Origin: Desulfobacterales bacterium
GTDB lineage: Bacteria; Desulfobacterota; Desulfobacteria; Desulfobacterales; UBA2174
Length of the DNA stretch: 64,000 nucleotides
Direction: 5' to 3'
NCBI GenBank assembly: GCA_963668645.2
Contig: CAXXWC010000019.1
Span: forward strand, 480,001 to 544,000
Shown here: piece by piece, positions 10,815-21,582 of the stretch
Numbering within the stretch: position 1 is the stretch's first letter
Layout of the letters: the number at the start of each line of letters is the position of its first letter
The notes under the pieces: generated by a model
Database searches by the model: none
The model's input: only the letters and a program-made list of their open reading frames with translations
What the model was told of the DNA's origin: nothing
Position numbers and translations under genes: made by a program

Positions 10815-12897
10815 GGCCCTCTTCTTCCAGCAAAGCCTTGTGGCTCAGGCGGATCTTGCCGTCGCGGGTGATTTCGAGCACCTTGACCCGCAGCAGATCG
10901 CCTTCGCGCACCACATCGGTCACCTTGGTGACGCGCTGGGTGGAAAGCTGGCTGATGTGCACCAGCCCGTCCGTACCGGGGAGGATCTGCACGAAGGCAC
11001 CGAAGTCCATCACCCGCACCACTTTTCCCTCGTAGATCTGGCCGACCTCCGGCTCCATGGTCAACGCCTTGATGCGCGCGATGGCCGCTTCGCCGTCCTC
11101 CTGGGATACTGCGGCGACTTTGACGGTTCCCGAATCGTCGATATCGATCTTGGTGTTGGTTTCGGCCTGCAGGGCGCGGATCACCTTGCCCCCCGGGCCG
11201 ATGATATCGCGAATCTTGTCCGGATTGATGTCGATGGTGGTGATGCACGGGGCATAGGGCGAAATCTTGTCCCGCGGAACGGCCAGGGCCGCATTCATTT
11301 TTCCCAGGATGTGCAGCCGCCCGGCGCGGGCCTGTTCCAGAGCCTGGCTCAGGATATCGCGCGACAGTTCATGGATCTTGATGTCCATCTGCAGGGCCGT
11401 AACCCCTTCGGCAGTCCCGGCGACCTTGAAATCCATATCCCCGGTATGGTCTTCATCACCCAGGATATCGGTAAGCACCACCACCTGGTCGTCGCCCTTG
11501 ACCAGCCCCATGGCAATCCCGGCCACCGGGGCCTTGATCGGCACACCGCCGTCCATCAGGGCCAGGGTGCCCGCGCAGACCGTTGCCATGGACGAAGAAC
11601 CGTTGGATTCGAGCACTTCGGAGACCACCCGGATGGTGTAGTCGAAATTTTCCTTGTCCGGCAGCACCTTTTCCAATGCCCGGGTCGACAGGCCGCCGTG
11701 GCCGATGTCACGCCGGCTCGGCCCGCCGATGCGCTTGACCTCGCCCACCGAAAAGGGCGGGAAGTTGTAATGGAGCATGAACGGGCGGAACTCGTCCCCG
11801 CTCAGGGTTTCGACGCGCTGCTCGTCCTGTCCCGAACCGAGGGTCAGCACCCCGAGCACCTGGGTCTCGCCCCGGGTGAAAAGCGCGCTGCCGTGGGGCC
11901 TGGGCAGGAGGCCGACCTCGCAGGTGATGGGACGCACCTCGTCGAAACGGCGGCCGTCGAGACGCCGGCCTTCCTTGAGGATGAAATCCCGGGCGATTTT
12001 TTTCTGCAGGTCATCGAGGATTTCGTGGACCTCTCCCTTTTCGCCCGCCAGCTCCGGTTCGAGCTGGGCCATGACATCCGCCTTGACGGCGCGCACCGCG
12101 GCATAGCGGGGCATTTTTTCAGGCACCGCCAACGCCGTGTGCAGCGGTTCGGCCGCCATGGCGCTGACGCGTTCGACCAGGGTCGGATCCGGCAGCGCAA
12201 CGGCAAATTCACGCTTGGCCTTGCCAGCGCTCTGGCGCAATTCATCCTGCATGGCGATGATCGGCTGCATCTGTTCATGGGCGAAGAAGATCGCTTCGAG
12301 CAGATCCGCTTCCGGCACGACCTGGGCCCCACCTTCGACCATCACCACGCCGGTGCGCGATCCGGCCACGATGATGTTGATGTCTGAATGCTCCAGGTCT
12401 GCGATGGCCGGATTGGCCACCAGGGTGCCGTCGATGCGACCCACGCGCACCGCAGCGATGGGGCCGGCAAAGGGGATATCCGACAGTTCGAGGGCCACCG
12501 AAGCACCGGTCATGGCCAGCATGTCCGGATCATTTTCCTGGTCCATGGACAGGACCGTGGCAATCACCTGGATCTCGTGGCGCCATCCCTTGGGAAACAG
12601 GGGCCGAATGGGGCGATCGATGAGCCGGGCGGTGAGAGTCTCTTTTTCGGTGGGCCGCCCGATCTCACGCCGGAAATAGTTGCCCGGAATCCTTCCGGCG
12701 GCATAGATCTTCTCTTGATATTCCACAGTAAGGGGTAAAAAGCCCGCATCGCGGACATCGCTGGCGCCGACCACGGTCACCAGCACGATTGTATCGCCGT
12801 ATTGCACCACGGCGGCGCCGGAGGCCTGCTTGGCGACCTTGCCGGTCTGGATGCTCAAGATCCGGCCTCCGACTTCACATTGGACTGTATTCTGCAT
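10795..12897 (-). CDS. pnp: polyribonucleotide nucleotidyltransferase
   Basis: [39 protein letters not shown] and S1 domains; ATG 12897 after GGAG. Confidence 0.99.
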   Translation of the reverse strand: MQNTVQCEVGGRILSIQTGKVAKQASGAAVVQYGDTIVLVTVVGASDVRDAGFLPLTVEYQEKIYAAGRIPGNYFRREIGRPTEKETLTARLIDRPIRPLFPKGWRHEIQVIATVLSMDQENDPDMLAMTGASVALELSDIPFAGPIAAVRVGRIDGTLVANPAIADLEHSDINIIVAGSRTGVVMVEGGAQVVPEADLLEAIFFAHEQMQPIIAMQDELRQSAGKAKREFAVALPDPTLVERVSAMAAEPLHTALAVPEKMPRYAAVRAVKADVMAQLEPELAGEKGEVHEILDDLQKKIARDFILKEGRRLDGRRFDEVRPITCEVGLLPRPHGSALFTRGETQVLGVLTLGSGQDEQRVETLSGDEFRPFMLHYNFPPFSVGEVKRIGGPSRRDIGHGGLSTRALEKVLPDKENFDYTIRVVSEVLESNGSSSMATVCAGTLALMDGGVPIKAPVAGIAMGLVKGDDQVVVLTDILGDEDHTGDMDFKVAGTAEGVTALQMDIKIHELSRDILSQALEQARAGRLHILGKMNAALAVPRDKISPYAPCITTIDINPDKIRDIIGPGGKVIRALQAETNTKIDIDDSGTVKVAAVSQEDGEAAIARIKALTMEPEVGQIYEGKVVRVMDFGAFVQILPGTDGLVHISQLSTQRVTKVTDVVREGDLLRVKVLEITRDGKIRLSHKALLEEEGHDNKGR

Positions 12898-13068
12898 GTT
12901 GTCTCCTGGCGCATCGCCCGGCATCATGGCCCATGATGGACGCTGACAACGTTGCGGCGACGCACGCGATAGGGTGCCGGTCGCCCAGACGGCCACCGCC
13001 CCCATGGCGGGACCGCATCTGCTGCTCCCGGCACCAGGATCCGCTCTTCTTCTGAAATGAAACGGATT

Positions 13069-13338
13069 CTAGCGCCGAATCCCGAGGGTTTCGATGATCG
13101 TCCGATAGCGGTTGACGTCCTTGCCCTTGACGTAGTTGAGCAGGCGCCGCCGCCGACCGACGAGCATCAACAGCCCGCGGCGGCTGTGATGGTCCTTTTT
13201 GTGGACCTTGAGGTGCTCGGTCAAATAGGTGATGCGCTGGGTCAAGAGCCCCACCTGGACTTCGGGCGAACCGGTGTCGGATTCATGAAGCCGGTATTGA
13301 TCGATCAGTTTCTTTTTATCTTCCGTAGACAAAACCAC
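13069..13338 (-). CDS. rpsO: 30S ribosomal protein S15
   Basis: DTGSPEVQV...[15 protein letters not shown] start after GAGGAGG. Confidence 0.98.
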   Translation of the reverse strand: MVLSTEDKKKLIDQYRLHESDTGSPEVQVGLLTQRITYLTEHLKVHKKDHHSRRGLLMLVGRRRRLLNYVKGKDVNRYRTIIETLGIRR

Positions 13339-13371
13339 TTGTTTTTCCCTCCTCATGGAGCGTTACGGTTG

Positions 13372-14274
13372 TTAAAGCAGCACACAGGCGTAGTCATAAC
13401 GCCCGGCGGCATCATTGTATTCGATAATCGCCAAAACCCGGTCGTCCAAGACGACCTGGACCGGGCCGGCCCCCGGTGGCGGCCCGATCTGTTCGACGCC
13501 CAGGCGCTGCCCTGTGGCGATGCGCCGTGCCATGTCCCCGTCCACCGCCACGGTGGGCACGCCCCGCAACGCCCGACCCGTGGGAATAATGTAATCATTA
13601 GCGCGCCCCTGCCGGCAAAAGTCTTTAAACCGGTCGAGGCTCACCGCCTCGTCGAGCCCGAAACCGGCGCTGGCCGTGCGGCGCAACCCGGCCATGTGCC
13701 CCCCGCAGCCCAGGGCGCGGCCCAGATCGGCGCACAGGGTGCGTACGTAAGTGCCCGCCGAACAGACGACCTCGATGGACACCCGTGGCAGGGCCACCTC
13801 CAGGACCGAAAGCCGATAGATCGTCACCGGCCGGGAGGCTTTGGTCACCGGCCGGCCCTGGCGCGCCAACCGGTAAAGCGGTACCCCCTGGTGTTTGAGG
13901 GCCGAAAAAACCGGCGGCACCTGGGTGATGGTCCCCTCGAAACGCGCGGCGGCCCGGCGTACGGCATCGACCGCCAATCCCTCTGTGGAGCCGGTCGCCG
14001 TGATCCGGCCGCCGGCATCCTGGGTATCGGTTTCCACCCCCAGCACCAGCACGGCCTTGTAAGTCTTGGAGGCCTGCATCAAAAAGCGCGCCAGGCGCGT
14101 TGCAGCCCCAACGCAACAGATCAGGATCCCGGTGGCATCCGGATCGAGGGTGCCGGCATGCCCCACCTTGGCACCGCCCAGGCTTCGTTTGACCGCAGCC
14201 ACCACCCCGGCCGAAGTCATGCCGGCCGGTTTGTCGATCACCACCAGCCCCTCGTATGAGGCCTTCAAACCCAC
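13372..14274 (-). CDS. truB: tRNA pseudouridine(55) synthase
   Basis: DKPAGMTS, GHAGTLDPDATG, CSAGTYVRTL. Confidence 0.97.
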   Translation of the reverse strand: MGLKASYEGLVVIDKPAGMTSAGVVAAVKRSLGGAKVGHAGTLDPDATGILICCVGAATRLARFLMQASKTYKAVLVLGVETDTQDAGGRITATGSTEGLAVDAVRRAAARFEGTITQVPPVFSALKHQGVPLYRLARQGRPVTKASRPVTIYRLSVLEVALPRVSIEVVCSAGTYVRTLCADLGRALGCGGHMAGLRRTASAGFGLDEAVSLDRFKDFCRQGRANDYIIPTGRALRGVPTVAVDGDMARRIATGQRLGVEQIGPPPGAGPVQVVLDDRVLAIIEYNDAAGRYDYACVLL

Positions 14275-14282
14275 CGCGGTAC

Positions 14283-15239
14283 TCAGAGCCCCTCGGCCAG
14301 ACGCAGCAGTTCGGCTTTGACCGCCGCCAGGGGCGAAGCGGCGCTGTAGCCGGCCGCGGTGGCATGCCCGCCCCCGCCGCGGGCAGCGGCGATCAGGGCC
14401 ACATCCACGCTCCCGTCGCTGCGCAGGCTGACATGGTACTGGGGGCCGCCGTCACCGTCCGGCTGCTCCTGAATCAAGGCGGCGACCTTCACATCCTCGA
14501 TGCGCCGGGCGTAATTGATCAACCCGTCGGCATCCTCCGGTTGAGTCCGCGTTTCGCTGAGCATATCCTGGGACAGGGTCATGATCGAAAGCTTACCGTT
14601 GGCCGTCAGTTCGATGGTGTCCAGAGCCAGGTTGAGCAGCTTGATCCGCCCTAGCGAGTAAGTGCCGTAAACATGCTTGGCCACCTGGTAAGGATCCACC
14701 CCCAGCAACACCATTTCCTGGCAGATGGAAAAGGCGGCCAGATTGGTGTTGGAAAAACGGAACGAACCGGTATCAGTAAAGATTCCTGTATATATCGAGG
14801 TCGCCACGGACTTGTCAATCGGCGTCCCCAGCCGCTTGATCAGCCGGTAGAGGATCTCGGTGGTGGCGCAAGCCGCCGGATCGAGCAGCTGGTAGGTGCC
14901 GAATACGGTATTGGTCACGTGGTGGTCGATGTTGATCACCGTCGGCACCCGGGAAAGGGCCTCAGTCACGGCGCCGGTGCGCCGCGGATTGCCGCAGTCG
15001 AGCACCACCGCCGTATCGAAGTCCGCCGGGGGCACCCGGCGGACAATCCGGTCCACCCCCGGCAAAAAACGATAAATGGCCGGAATGGGACTTTCGCTGA
15101 CCAAGCAGGTCTGCTTGGCCATTTTTTCAAGGGTCAGGCCGAGGGCCAGCAGGCTGCCGACGGCATCGCCGTCCGGGTTGACATGGGTGGTCAGCATGAC
15201 CCGCTTACTCTGGTTCAGGTGTTGGACGATCGTAAGCAT
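14283..15239 (-). CDS. nrnA: DHH/DHHA1 phosphoesterase (NrnA-like)
   Basis: HVNPDGDA, NIDHH, TDTGSF, SLRS and GGGGH motifs; located between rbfA and truB. Confidence 0.9.
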   Translation of the reverse strand: MLTIVQHLNQSKRVMLTTHVNPDGDAVGSLLALGLTLEKMAKQTCLVSESPIPAIYRFLPGVDRIVRRVPPADFDTAVVLDCGNPRRTGAVTEALSRVPTVINIDHHVTNTVFGTYQLLDPAACATTEILYRLIKRLGTPIDKSVATSIYTGIFTDTGSFRFSNTNLAAFSICQEMVLLGVDPYQVAKHVYGTYSLGRIKLLNLALDTIELTANGKLSIMTLSQDMLSETRTQPEDADGLINYARRIEDVKVAALIQEQPDGDGGPQYHVSLRSDGSVDVALIAAARGGGGHATAAGYSAASPLAAVKAELLRLAEGL

Positions 15240-15585
15240 GGTCCTGTTGCAGCGACTTGAGAATCCGGTTGATCCGGGCCGCGTGGTCGAAGGTGTCGTC
15301 GTAAAAAAAAGCCAGATCCGGCATATAGCGCAAGCCCAGTTCAGGCGCCAGCAGTCGTTTGAGATAGGTGCCGGCCTGGCGGAATCCCGCCTCTGCTGCC
15401 TGGCGCTGGGTGTCATCCCCGTAAACGGAGAAGTAAATCCGCGCCAGACGCAGATCCCGCGTCATTTCGACCCGGGTGATGGTCGCACCGGCAATACGTG
15501 GGTCGCCCGTCTGACGGCTCAGCAGCTCGGAGAGCACCCGCTGAAGCTGAACCCCGACGCGTTCGGCACGGGAAAAAGGTTTCAC
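15205..15585 (-). CDS. rbfA: ribosome-binding factor A
   Basis: RAERV...DPRI...TITRVEMTRDLRLARIY...LRYMPDLAF. Confidence 0.95.
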   Translation of the reverse strand: MKPFSRAERVGVQLQRVLSELLSRQTGDPRIAGATITRVEMTRDLRLARIYFSVYGDDTQRQAAEAGFRQAGTYLKRLLAPELGLRYMPDLAFFYDDTFDHAARINRILKSLQQDHAYDRPTPEPE

Positions 15586-15869
15586 AGGTGAATCATCTCC
15601 ATTTCCGAGTCGATCATTTCAGCCAAACCGAGATCCTCGACAAAATCGAGCAGCTTGTCGAGCTTGGCGTTGACCACACCGGTTTCGTTGCCCACCACGG
15701 CCACCCCGATCACCGCCCGCTGGTAGACATCGTTATCCTCGATCTCTGCCACGGCGGCATTGAAGTGGTTGCGTACCCTGGCGATAACCGCCTTGACGAC
15801 CCCCCGCTTGCCCTTGAGGGACCGGCACTCGTGAATCCTGAGAATGATGCGTCCGCAACCGACGACCAC
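15582..15869 (-). CDS. DUF503 (YlxP-like) protein
   Basis: SLKGKRGVVK...FNAAVAE; usual position between infB and rbfA. Confidence 0.9.
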   Translation of the reverse strand: MVVGCGRIILRIHECRSLKGKRGVVKAVIARVRNHFNAAVAEIEDNDVYQRAVIGVAVVGNETGVVNAKLDKLLDFVEDLGLAEMIDSEMEMIHL

Positions 15870-15902
15870 CGTTCACCGCCCTCTCGGGTCCTGTCAAAGC
15901 CC

Positions 15903-18779
15903 CTAACGCTGGGTGGGAGCGGCCACCGTGGGACGGATCTCCTCCATGAAAAAGACCTCGACGGTATCCCCGACCTTTATATCGTTGTAATTCTCGATGC
16001 CGATCCCGCATTCATAACCGGCCTGGACTTCTTTGGCATCATCTTTGAAGCGCCGCAGCGAGCCGAGCTTGCCTTCGTACTGCACCACCCCGTCGCGCAA
16101 GAGGCGGACGCGCTCACCGCGCACGATCTTGCCCTCGGTGACGTAGCTGCCGGCGATGGCCCCCACCTTGGGAACATGGAAGACCTGGCGCACATCGGCT
16201 CTTCCGATAAGCTTCTCTTCGAAATGCGATTCCATCATGCCGACAATGGCGTCCTGCACGTCTTTGATCACGTTGTAGATCACGTTGTAAAAGCGCAGGT
16301 CGACATTCTCTTCGTTGGCCATGGTCTGAACCTTGGCGTTGGGCCTGACGTTGAAACCGATGATGATCGCATCCGAGACGGTGGCCAGGGAAACGTCCGA
16401 TTCGGTGATCGTACCGGTGGCCTGGTGAATCACGTTGATCTTGACCTCCTCGTTGGAAAGCTTGATCAGCGCGTCTCCCAGGGCCTCGATGGAACCGTGG
16501 ACATCGGCCTTGATGATGATGTTCAGCTCTTTGACCTCACGCTCCTTCATCTGCTCGAAGAGCGTTTCGAGGCTCAGCCGGCTCGATTTGGCCAGATCCT
16601 TGGCCCGCTGCTTCTGCTGGCGATGGGAGCTGACCTGGCGGGCATCCTTTTCGTCGGCCAGAGCGATCATCTCGTCGCCGGCCGCCGGAACCCCGGAAAG
16701 CCCCAGGATTTCCACCGGTATGGCCGGTCCTGCGGCATCCACCGGATTGCCCAGGTCGTCGATCAGCGCCCGCACCTTGCCGTAGTGGACCCCGCAAACC
16801 ACCGGATCTCCGGTGTGCAAGGTGCCGTCCTGAACCAGGACGGTGGCCACCGCGCCGCGACCAGCGTCCAGCTTGGCTTCCACCACGTGGCCCTTGGCCA
16901 GTTTGTCCGGATTGGCCCGCAGGTCCATCATTTCCGCCTGAAGCAGAATCATCTCCAGAATATCGGAGATCCCGTCATGCTTCTTGGCCGATACGCGCAC
17001 GAAAATCGTGTCGCCGCCCCATTCCTCCGGTGCAAGCCCCAGCTCTGCCACCTGCCGCATCACCCGTTCCGGATCGGCACCCGCCTTGTCCATTTTGTTG
17101 ACCGCCACGATGATCGGCACCTCGGCCGCCTTGGCATGGTTGATGGCTTCCACGGTCTGGGGCATGACCCCGTCGTCGGCCGCCACGACCAGCACGACGA
17201 TGTCGGTCAACTGGGCGCCGCGCGAACGCATGGCGGTAAAGGCCTCGTGGCCCGGAGTGTCGAGAAAGACGATCTGCCCTTTCTCGGTGGCCACATGATA
17301 GGCGCCGATGTGTTGGGTGATGCCCCCCGCCTCGCCGGCCGTCACATGGGTTTCGCGGATCGCGTCCAGCAAAGAGGTCTTGCCATGGTCGACATGGCCC
17401 ATGATGGTCACCACGGGAGGACGCGGCACGCGATTTTCCGGATCGTCACTTTCCACTTTGAGAATGGTTTCCTCCTCGAAAGCCGCCTTTTCCACTTCAT
17501 AACCGAACTCATTGGCCACCAGGACCGCGGTTTCGAAATCGATGGTCTGGTTCACCGTGGTCATCACGCCCATACCCATGAGTTTGCCGATCAGCTCGTT
17601 GGCCTTGAGCCCCATGCGCTTGGCCAGCTCACTGAGAACGATGGTCTCGTCGACCTTGATGCGCCGTTTGATGGCCTTGGCCACCGTGATTTGCGGTTTT
17701 TGTCCGGGAGGCACCTTGGCCTTGCCGCCTTTGCGGCCTTTGCGGCCGCGCGCGTCTGCAGTGTACAGGTCCTCGCCTTCCACCACCGCCTTTTTGCGAA
17801 AGGAAATCTTCTTCTTGAAAAAGTTCTTGTCCGAATCGTCCTCGACGCGCCGTTTCTTTTTCTTGCGCGGCGCCTCCTCGGATGTGGCGGGGGGACGTGG
17901 GGCTTCGGCAACCTCTGCCGGCCGCGGGGGACGGCTGGGCCTGGCACGGCTCGGCGCTTCGGTCTCTTTGGCCCTCGGTTCGGGCTTGACCGGCCGGTCC
18001 GGCAGCTTGATGATCTTGGCCGGCATATCGCGGCCGGCTTTCGTTTTGGCGGGCCGGCGGGGCTTTTCGGCCTCAGCGGCAGGGGCCGGCGCCGGGGGTT
18101 CGGGCGGCATCGCCGCTTCGGGTGCTTCAGAAGACGGCTCCGGGACCGGCTTGCTCGCTTCGACCGGCGCCGGTTCCGCCGAAGGGCTCTCCGGCAAAGG
18201 TTCTTCGACAGCCAGGGAAGGCGCGGCTTCGGTTTCCTCGGCCGGGCTGGCCGCGGCAAGGTCGCCGGGCGCTTCCTCAACCGGCGGAATCTCGGCCGTG
18301 GCAACGGCCTGCTCGTCAGCAACCTCTTCTGGGGCGGGCTGCTCGGAGACAACCGTTTCGACGGCAGCCTCGACAGGAACAGCCTCGACAGGCGCGGGCT
18401 CGACCGGTAGAGGCAGGACGGTCTCTTGCCCGTCGCTGGCCTCCGGCTCGGGGACCGCGGCCTGCACTTCCACCGCCGCCGTTTCGGGCTCCTCGGCTTC
18501 CGGGATTGGCTCCGGCTGCTCATCGGCCTCGGCGGTTTGCTCCTCAGCTTCCGGCACAACCTTGCGGCGGCGACGAATGACGGTCGGCCGAACACGGGTC
18601 TCTTCCCTCTTATTCTGCCGTTGACCAAACATGCTCTGTTTGATCCGGGCAACGGCGTCATCGTCCAGGGAACTCATGTGGCTGGCCACATCAATTTGCA
18701 GTTCCAGGATCTTTTCCAGCAACTGCTTATTTTTCAGATTCAGTTCCCTGGCAAGCTCATAAACCCTGATCTTTGCCAT
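15903..18779 (-). CDS. infB: translation initiation factor IF-2
   Basis: IRVYELA N-terminus, Ala/Pro/Glu-rich linker, [17 protein letters not shown]. Confidence 0.99.
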   Translation of the reverse strand: MAKIRVYELARELNLKNKQLLEKILELQIDVASHMSSLDDDAVARIKQSMFGQRQNKREETRVRPTVIRRRRKVVPEAEEQTAEADEQPEPIPEAEEPETAAVEVQAAVPEPEASDGQETVLPLPVEPAPVEAVPVEAAVETVVSEQPAPEEVADEQAVATAEIPPVEEAPGDLAAASPAEETEAAPSLAVEEPLPESPSAEPAPVEASKPVPEPSSEAPEAAMPPEPPAPAPAAEAEKPRRPAKTKAGRDMPAKIIKLPDRPVKPEPRAKETEAPSRARPSRPPRPAEVAEAPRPPATSEEAPRKKKKRRVEDDSDKNFFKKKISFRKKAVVEGEDLYTADARGRKGRKGGKAKVPPGQKPQITVAKAIKRRIKVDETIVLSELAKRMGLKANELIGKLMGMGVMTTVNQTIDFETAVLVANEFGYEVEKAAFEEETILKVESDDPENRVPRPPVVTIMGHVDHGKTSLLDAIRETHVTAGEAGGITQHIGAYHVATEKGQIVFLDTPGHEAFTAMRSRGAQLTDIVVLVVAADDGVMPQTVEAINHAKAAEVPIIVAVNKMDKAGADPERVMRQVAELGLAPEEWGGDTIFVRVSAKKHDGISDILEMILLQAEMMDLRANPDKLAKGHVVEAKLDAGRGAVATVLVQDGTLHTGDPVVCGVHYGKVRALIDDLGNPVDAAGPAIPVEILGLSGVPAAGDEMIALADEKDARQVSSHRQQKQRAKDLAKSSRLSLETLFEQMKEREVKELNIIIKADVHGSIEALGDALIKLSNEEVKINVIHQATGTITESDVSLATVSDAIIIGFNVRPNAKVQTMANEENVDLRFYNVIYNVIKDVQDAIVGMMESHFEEKLIGRADVRQVFHVPKVGAIAGSYVTEGKIVRGERVRLLRDGVVQYEGKLGSLRRFKDDAKEVQAGYECGIGIENYNDIKVGDTVEVFFMEEIRPTVAAPTQR

Positions 18780-18874
18780 CCATGCCCCCTAAATTCCGCT
18801 TCAGCTTCAAAAGGTACACCTGATCGTTTTGCGGCTCGCATCCAACCGGCTGCTTCGGCGTTCGACGACCTGTT

Positions 18875-20281
18875 TCAATCGTTGACGCTCTCCGCATCGG
18901 GAGCCTCAGTTACCGGTGGCTCGACCTCCTCCGGCGGGTCCGGATTCTGTTCGGCGGTTTGGGTTTCAACCGCCGCGGCTGAGGCGAGTTCGGCCGTCTC
19001 CGGCTCCGCAGCCTGCTGGCTGGCTTGCGGCTCGGTCTCCCCGGGCTGCTGCGAGGCCACCACCGCGGCCGCGATCAAGTTTTCGGCCTTGCTCTGGTCC
19101 ATCTCGCGGACCTGTGCCAGGTCCGCCGCAGATGCCTTGCTCAGTTCCTCGGCCGAAAAGAATCCCATCTCGTAAAGGGTGTCGGCCAGGCTGATGCTCA
19201 TTCCGGGCAAAGAGACCAGTGAGTCGTACCCGTCGCGCATGGCCTGGCTGTACTTGGTTTCACTGATTACGTCCAGATGCCATTTGGTCAGCTTGGAGGC
19301 CAGGCGCACGTTCTGACCTTTTTTACCGATGGCGATGGACAGATGATCGTCGGGCACGATCACTTCCATGGCCCGATTTTCTTCGTCGATGATGACCCTG
19401 GAAATTTCGGCCGGCGACAGGGCATTGCAGACGAACTTGGCCGAATCCACATGCCAGGGGATGATGTCGATCTTCTCGCCGCGCAATTCCTGCACCACAT
19501 TCTGCACCCGGCTGCCCTTCATCCCGACGCAGGCGCCCACCGGATCGATGTCCGAGTCGTTCGAGGACACGGCGATCTTCGAACGCACGCCCGGTTCACG
19601 CGCCACGGTCATGATCGAAACGATCCCCTCTGCGATTTCCGGCACCTCGGTCTTGAACAACTGGATCAGAAAGTTGGGATGGGTACGGGAAAGCACGATC
19701 TGGGGTCCGCGGGTTTCATAAAGGACATCCATGATCAGTGCCCGCACCCGGTCGCCGCGCCGGTATCCTTCGCGCGGCACCTGCTCGCGCACCGGCAGAA
19801 TCCCCTCGGTGGTGCCCAGGTTCACGATGATGTCGCCCCGGTCGAGGCGCTGTACAATCCCGTTGATCAGCTCGCCCTTGCGATCGACGAAAGCCGCGTA
19901 TACCGCGTCCCTTTCGGCATCCTTCATCTTCTGGATGATGACCTGCTTGGCGCTTTGGGCCGCGATGCGACCGAAGGTCGTGGTGTCCATCTTGGTACCG
20001 AGGCTGTCACCCATCTCGCAGTCCGGATCGAGTTTGCGCCCCTCCTTGATACTGATCTCCAACTCGGGCTCGTCGACGGTTTCGACGACCTCCTTGAATT
20101 GGAACACCTCGATCTCACCAATCTCTTCGTTGTACTGGACCTCGATGTCGGCCTTGTTGCCGAAACGCTTGCGCGCGGCCGAGCGCAGGGCTTCCTCCAA
20201 GGCCTTGATCAACACTTCGCGGTCAATGCCGCGGTCCCGGCTGACCTGATCGACAACCCGTTTGATATCCGAGATAAACAT
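18875..20281 (-). CDS. nusA: transcription termination factor NusA
   Basis: FGRIAAQSAKQVI, S1/KH domains, AIGKKGQNVRLA. Confidence 0.99.
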   Translation of the reverse strand: MFISDIKRVVDQVSRDRGIDREVLIKALEEALRSAARKRFGNKADIEVQYNEEIGEIEVFQFKEVVETVDEPELEISIKEGRKLDPDCEMGDSLGTKMDTTTFGRIAAQSAKQVIIQKMKDAERDAVYAAFVDRKGELINGIVQRLDRGDIIVNLGTTEGILPVREQVPREGYRRGDRVRALIMDVLYETRGPQIVLSRTHPNFLIQLFKTEVPEIAEGIVSIMTVAREPGVRSKIAVSSNDSDIDPVGACVGMKGSRVQNVVQELRGEKIDIIPWHVDSAKFVCNALSPAEISRVIIDEENRAMEVIVPDDHLSIAIGKKGQNVRLASKLTKWHLDVISETKYSQAMRDGYDSLVSLPGMSISLADTLYEMGFFSAEELSKASAADLAQVREMDQSKAENLIAAAVVASQQPGETEPQASQQAAEPETAELASAAAVETQTAEQNPDPPEEVEPPVTEAPDAESVND

Positions 20282-20332
20282 CAGCTGTCTCCATTTTTAG
20301 GGGCCGGCCGGGGCAAATCGCTCCGGCCCTTG

Positions 20333-20836
20333 TCAACCGGCCATCAACCGTGCCTTGACGATTTCTTGGAGGCCAATGGTGACGGTGCGATCTTCCAGAT
20401 CAAGGGTCACCTTTCCGTCGGTGATCCCCGCCAGACGACCGGTAAAATTTTTCTGTCCACCGATGGGCTGCCGCACCCGCAGCCGGACCGCATGGCCGGT
20501 AAAACGCTGAAAATCGACCTCGCGGCTCAGCGGACGTTCGCTGCCCGGCGAAGAGACCTCCAGGTTGTAAGGGCCGATCTCGTCCTCCAGCACAGCATCC
20601 AGCAGGTCCCCGACCTGGCGGCTGACATGCACGCAGTCATCCAGGGTGACACCGCCGGGCTTGTCGATGTAAAGCCGCAGGATCCGGCCGGCCGTTTCAC
20701 GCTGAAACTCGCTGTGCACCATTTCGAGCCCTTCTGACGCGCACAGCGGATCGACCAGTTCCCGGACGCGCTGCAGCACGGCCTCCCCTGAAAGTCTGGC
20801 TTCGCTCTGCAAACTCGTTTTATTCTTTTGTTTCAA
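20333..20836 (-). CDS. rimP: ribosome maturation factor RimP
   Basis: LRLYIDKPGGVTLDDC, YNLEVSSPG; probable TTG start at 20836. Confidence 0.95.
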   Translation of the reverse strand: MKQKNKTSLQSEARLSGEAVLQRVRELVDPLCASEGLEMVHSEFQRETAGRILRLYIDKPGGVTLDDCVHVSRQVGDLLDAVLEDEIGPYNLEVSSPGSERPLSREVDFQRFTGHAVRLRVRQPIGGQKNFTGRLAGITDGKVTLDLEDRTVTIGLQEIVKARLMAG

Positions 20837-20883
20837 TAAGATAAAACCCTCTTTAACCCTATCAAAACCCTGCCAGAGAAAAC

Positions 20884-20909
20884 AAAAAACGGGCATAGGC
20901 CCGTTTTTT
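20884..20909 (-). terminator. rimP-leader type short terminator/attenuator hairpin
   Basis: AAAAAACGGGC-CTAT-GCCCGTTTTTT about 50 nt upstream of rimP. Confidence 0.7.
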
Positions 20910-21064
20910 TCCGTGTGGTAGAATTCCCACCAACAGCCGCGGTTGAACGTGTTGGGTTACCTTCGCATGGGGAACTTAGCTCCTGACGACATGCTCGACA
21001 TTCTACCGCACCAGAAAAACCCTTCATCGCTGCCGGGGCCGCTTTGAAGGGCGGGGCTTCACGT

Positions 21065-21140
21065 TGGAGCGGGCAACGAGATTCGAACTCGCGACTCCAA
21101 GCTTGGGAAGCTTGTACTCTACCAGCTGAGTTATGCCCGC
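21065..21140 (-). tRNA. tRNA-Gly (CCC)
   Basis: GCGGGCA acceptor stem, anticodon arm CAAGC-TT-CCC-AA-GCTTG, GTTCGAATC T-loop, encoded CCA. Confidence 0.97.
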
Positions 21141-21190
21141 TTACCAAGGCCGACTACTTAAGCCAGATCACATGGATTGTCAATAGCTTT

Positions 21191-21547
21191 TCAAAGCTCT
21201 TCTTCCAGCATGCAGCGCAGGGACTCCAGCTCCTGGCGGACCTCGCTGAGCAAAGCGGCGGCCGTATCGGCCGGCTCCTGGTGCTGGGAAGCGCGCAATA
21301 CCTTGCGGGCACCGGCGATGGTAAAATTCCGGTCGTGAAGCAGATGTTTTATCTGGATGAGCAGTTCCAGGTCGCAGGGCCGGTAGAGCCGATGGCCAGA
21401 AGCGGCGCGCTGGGGGTGCAGGCCGGGAAATTGGCGCTCCCAGAAGCGCAGCACATAGGCCGGCACGCCCACCACGGCGCTGGCTTCCCGGATCCGGTAG
21501 TAGCGTTTATGGGGATCGAGCTGGCGTTGGCCCATGCGATATTCCAT
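21191..21547 (-). CDS. MerR family HTH regulator
   Basis: YYRIREAS...AYVLRFWERQFPGL...HRLY; usual position downstream of pheT. Confidence 0.9.
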   Translation of the reverse strand: MEYRMGQRQLDPHKRYYRIREASAVVGVPAYVLRFWERQFPGLHPQRAASGHRLYRPCDLELLIQIKHLLHDRNFTIAGARKVLRASQHQEPADTAAALLSEVRQELESLRCMLEEEL

Positions 21548-21582
21548 GCCCGCGTGGACGCCGCCATCCGCACCATCCGCCT

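Noticed and set aside
17880..18560. Repetitive Ala/Pro/Glu-rich stretch in infB
   Set aside because: Normal low-complexity IF-2 N-terminal linker.
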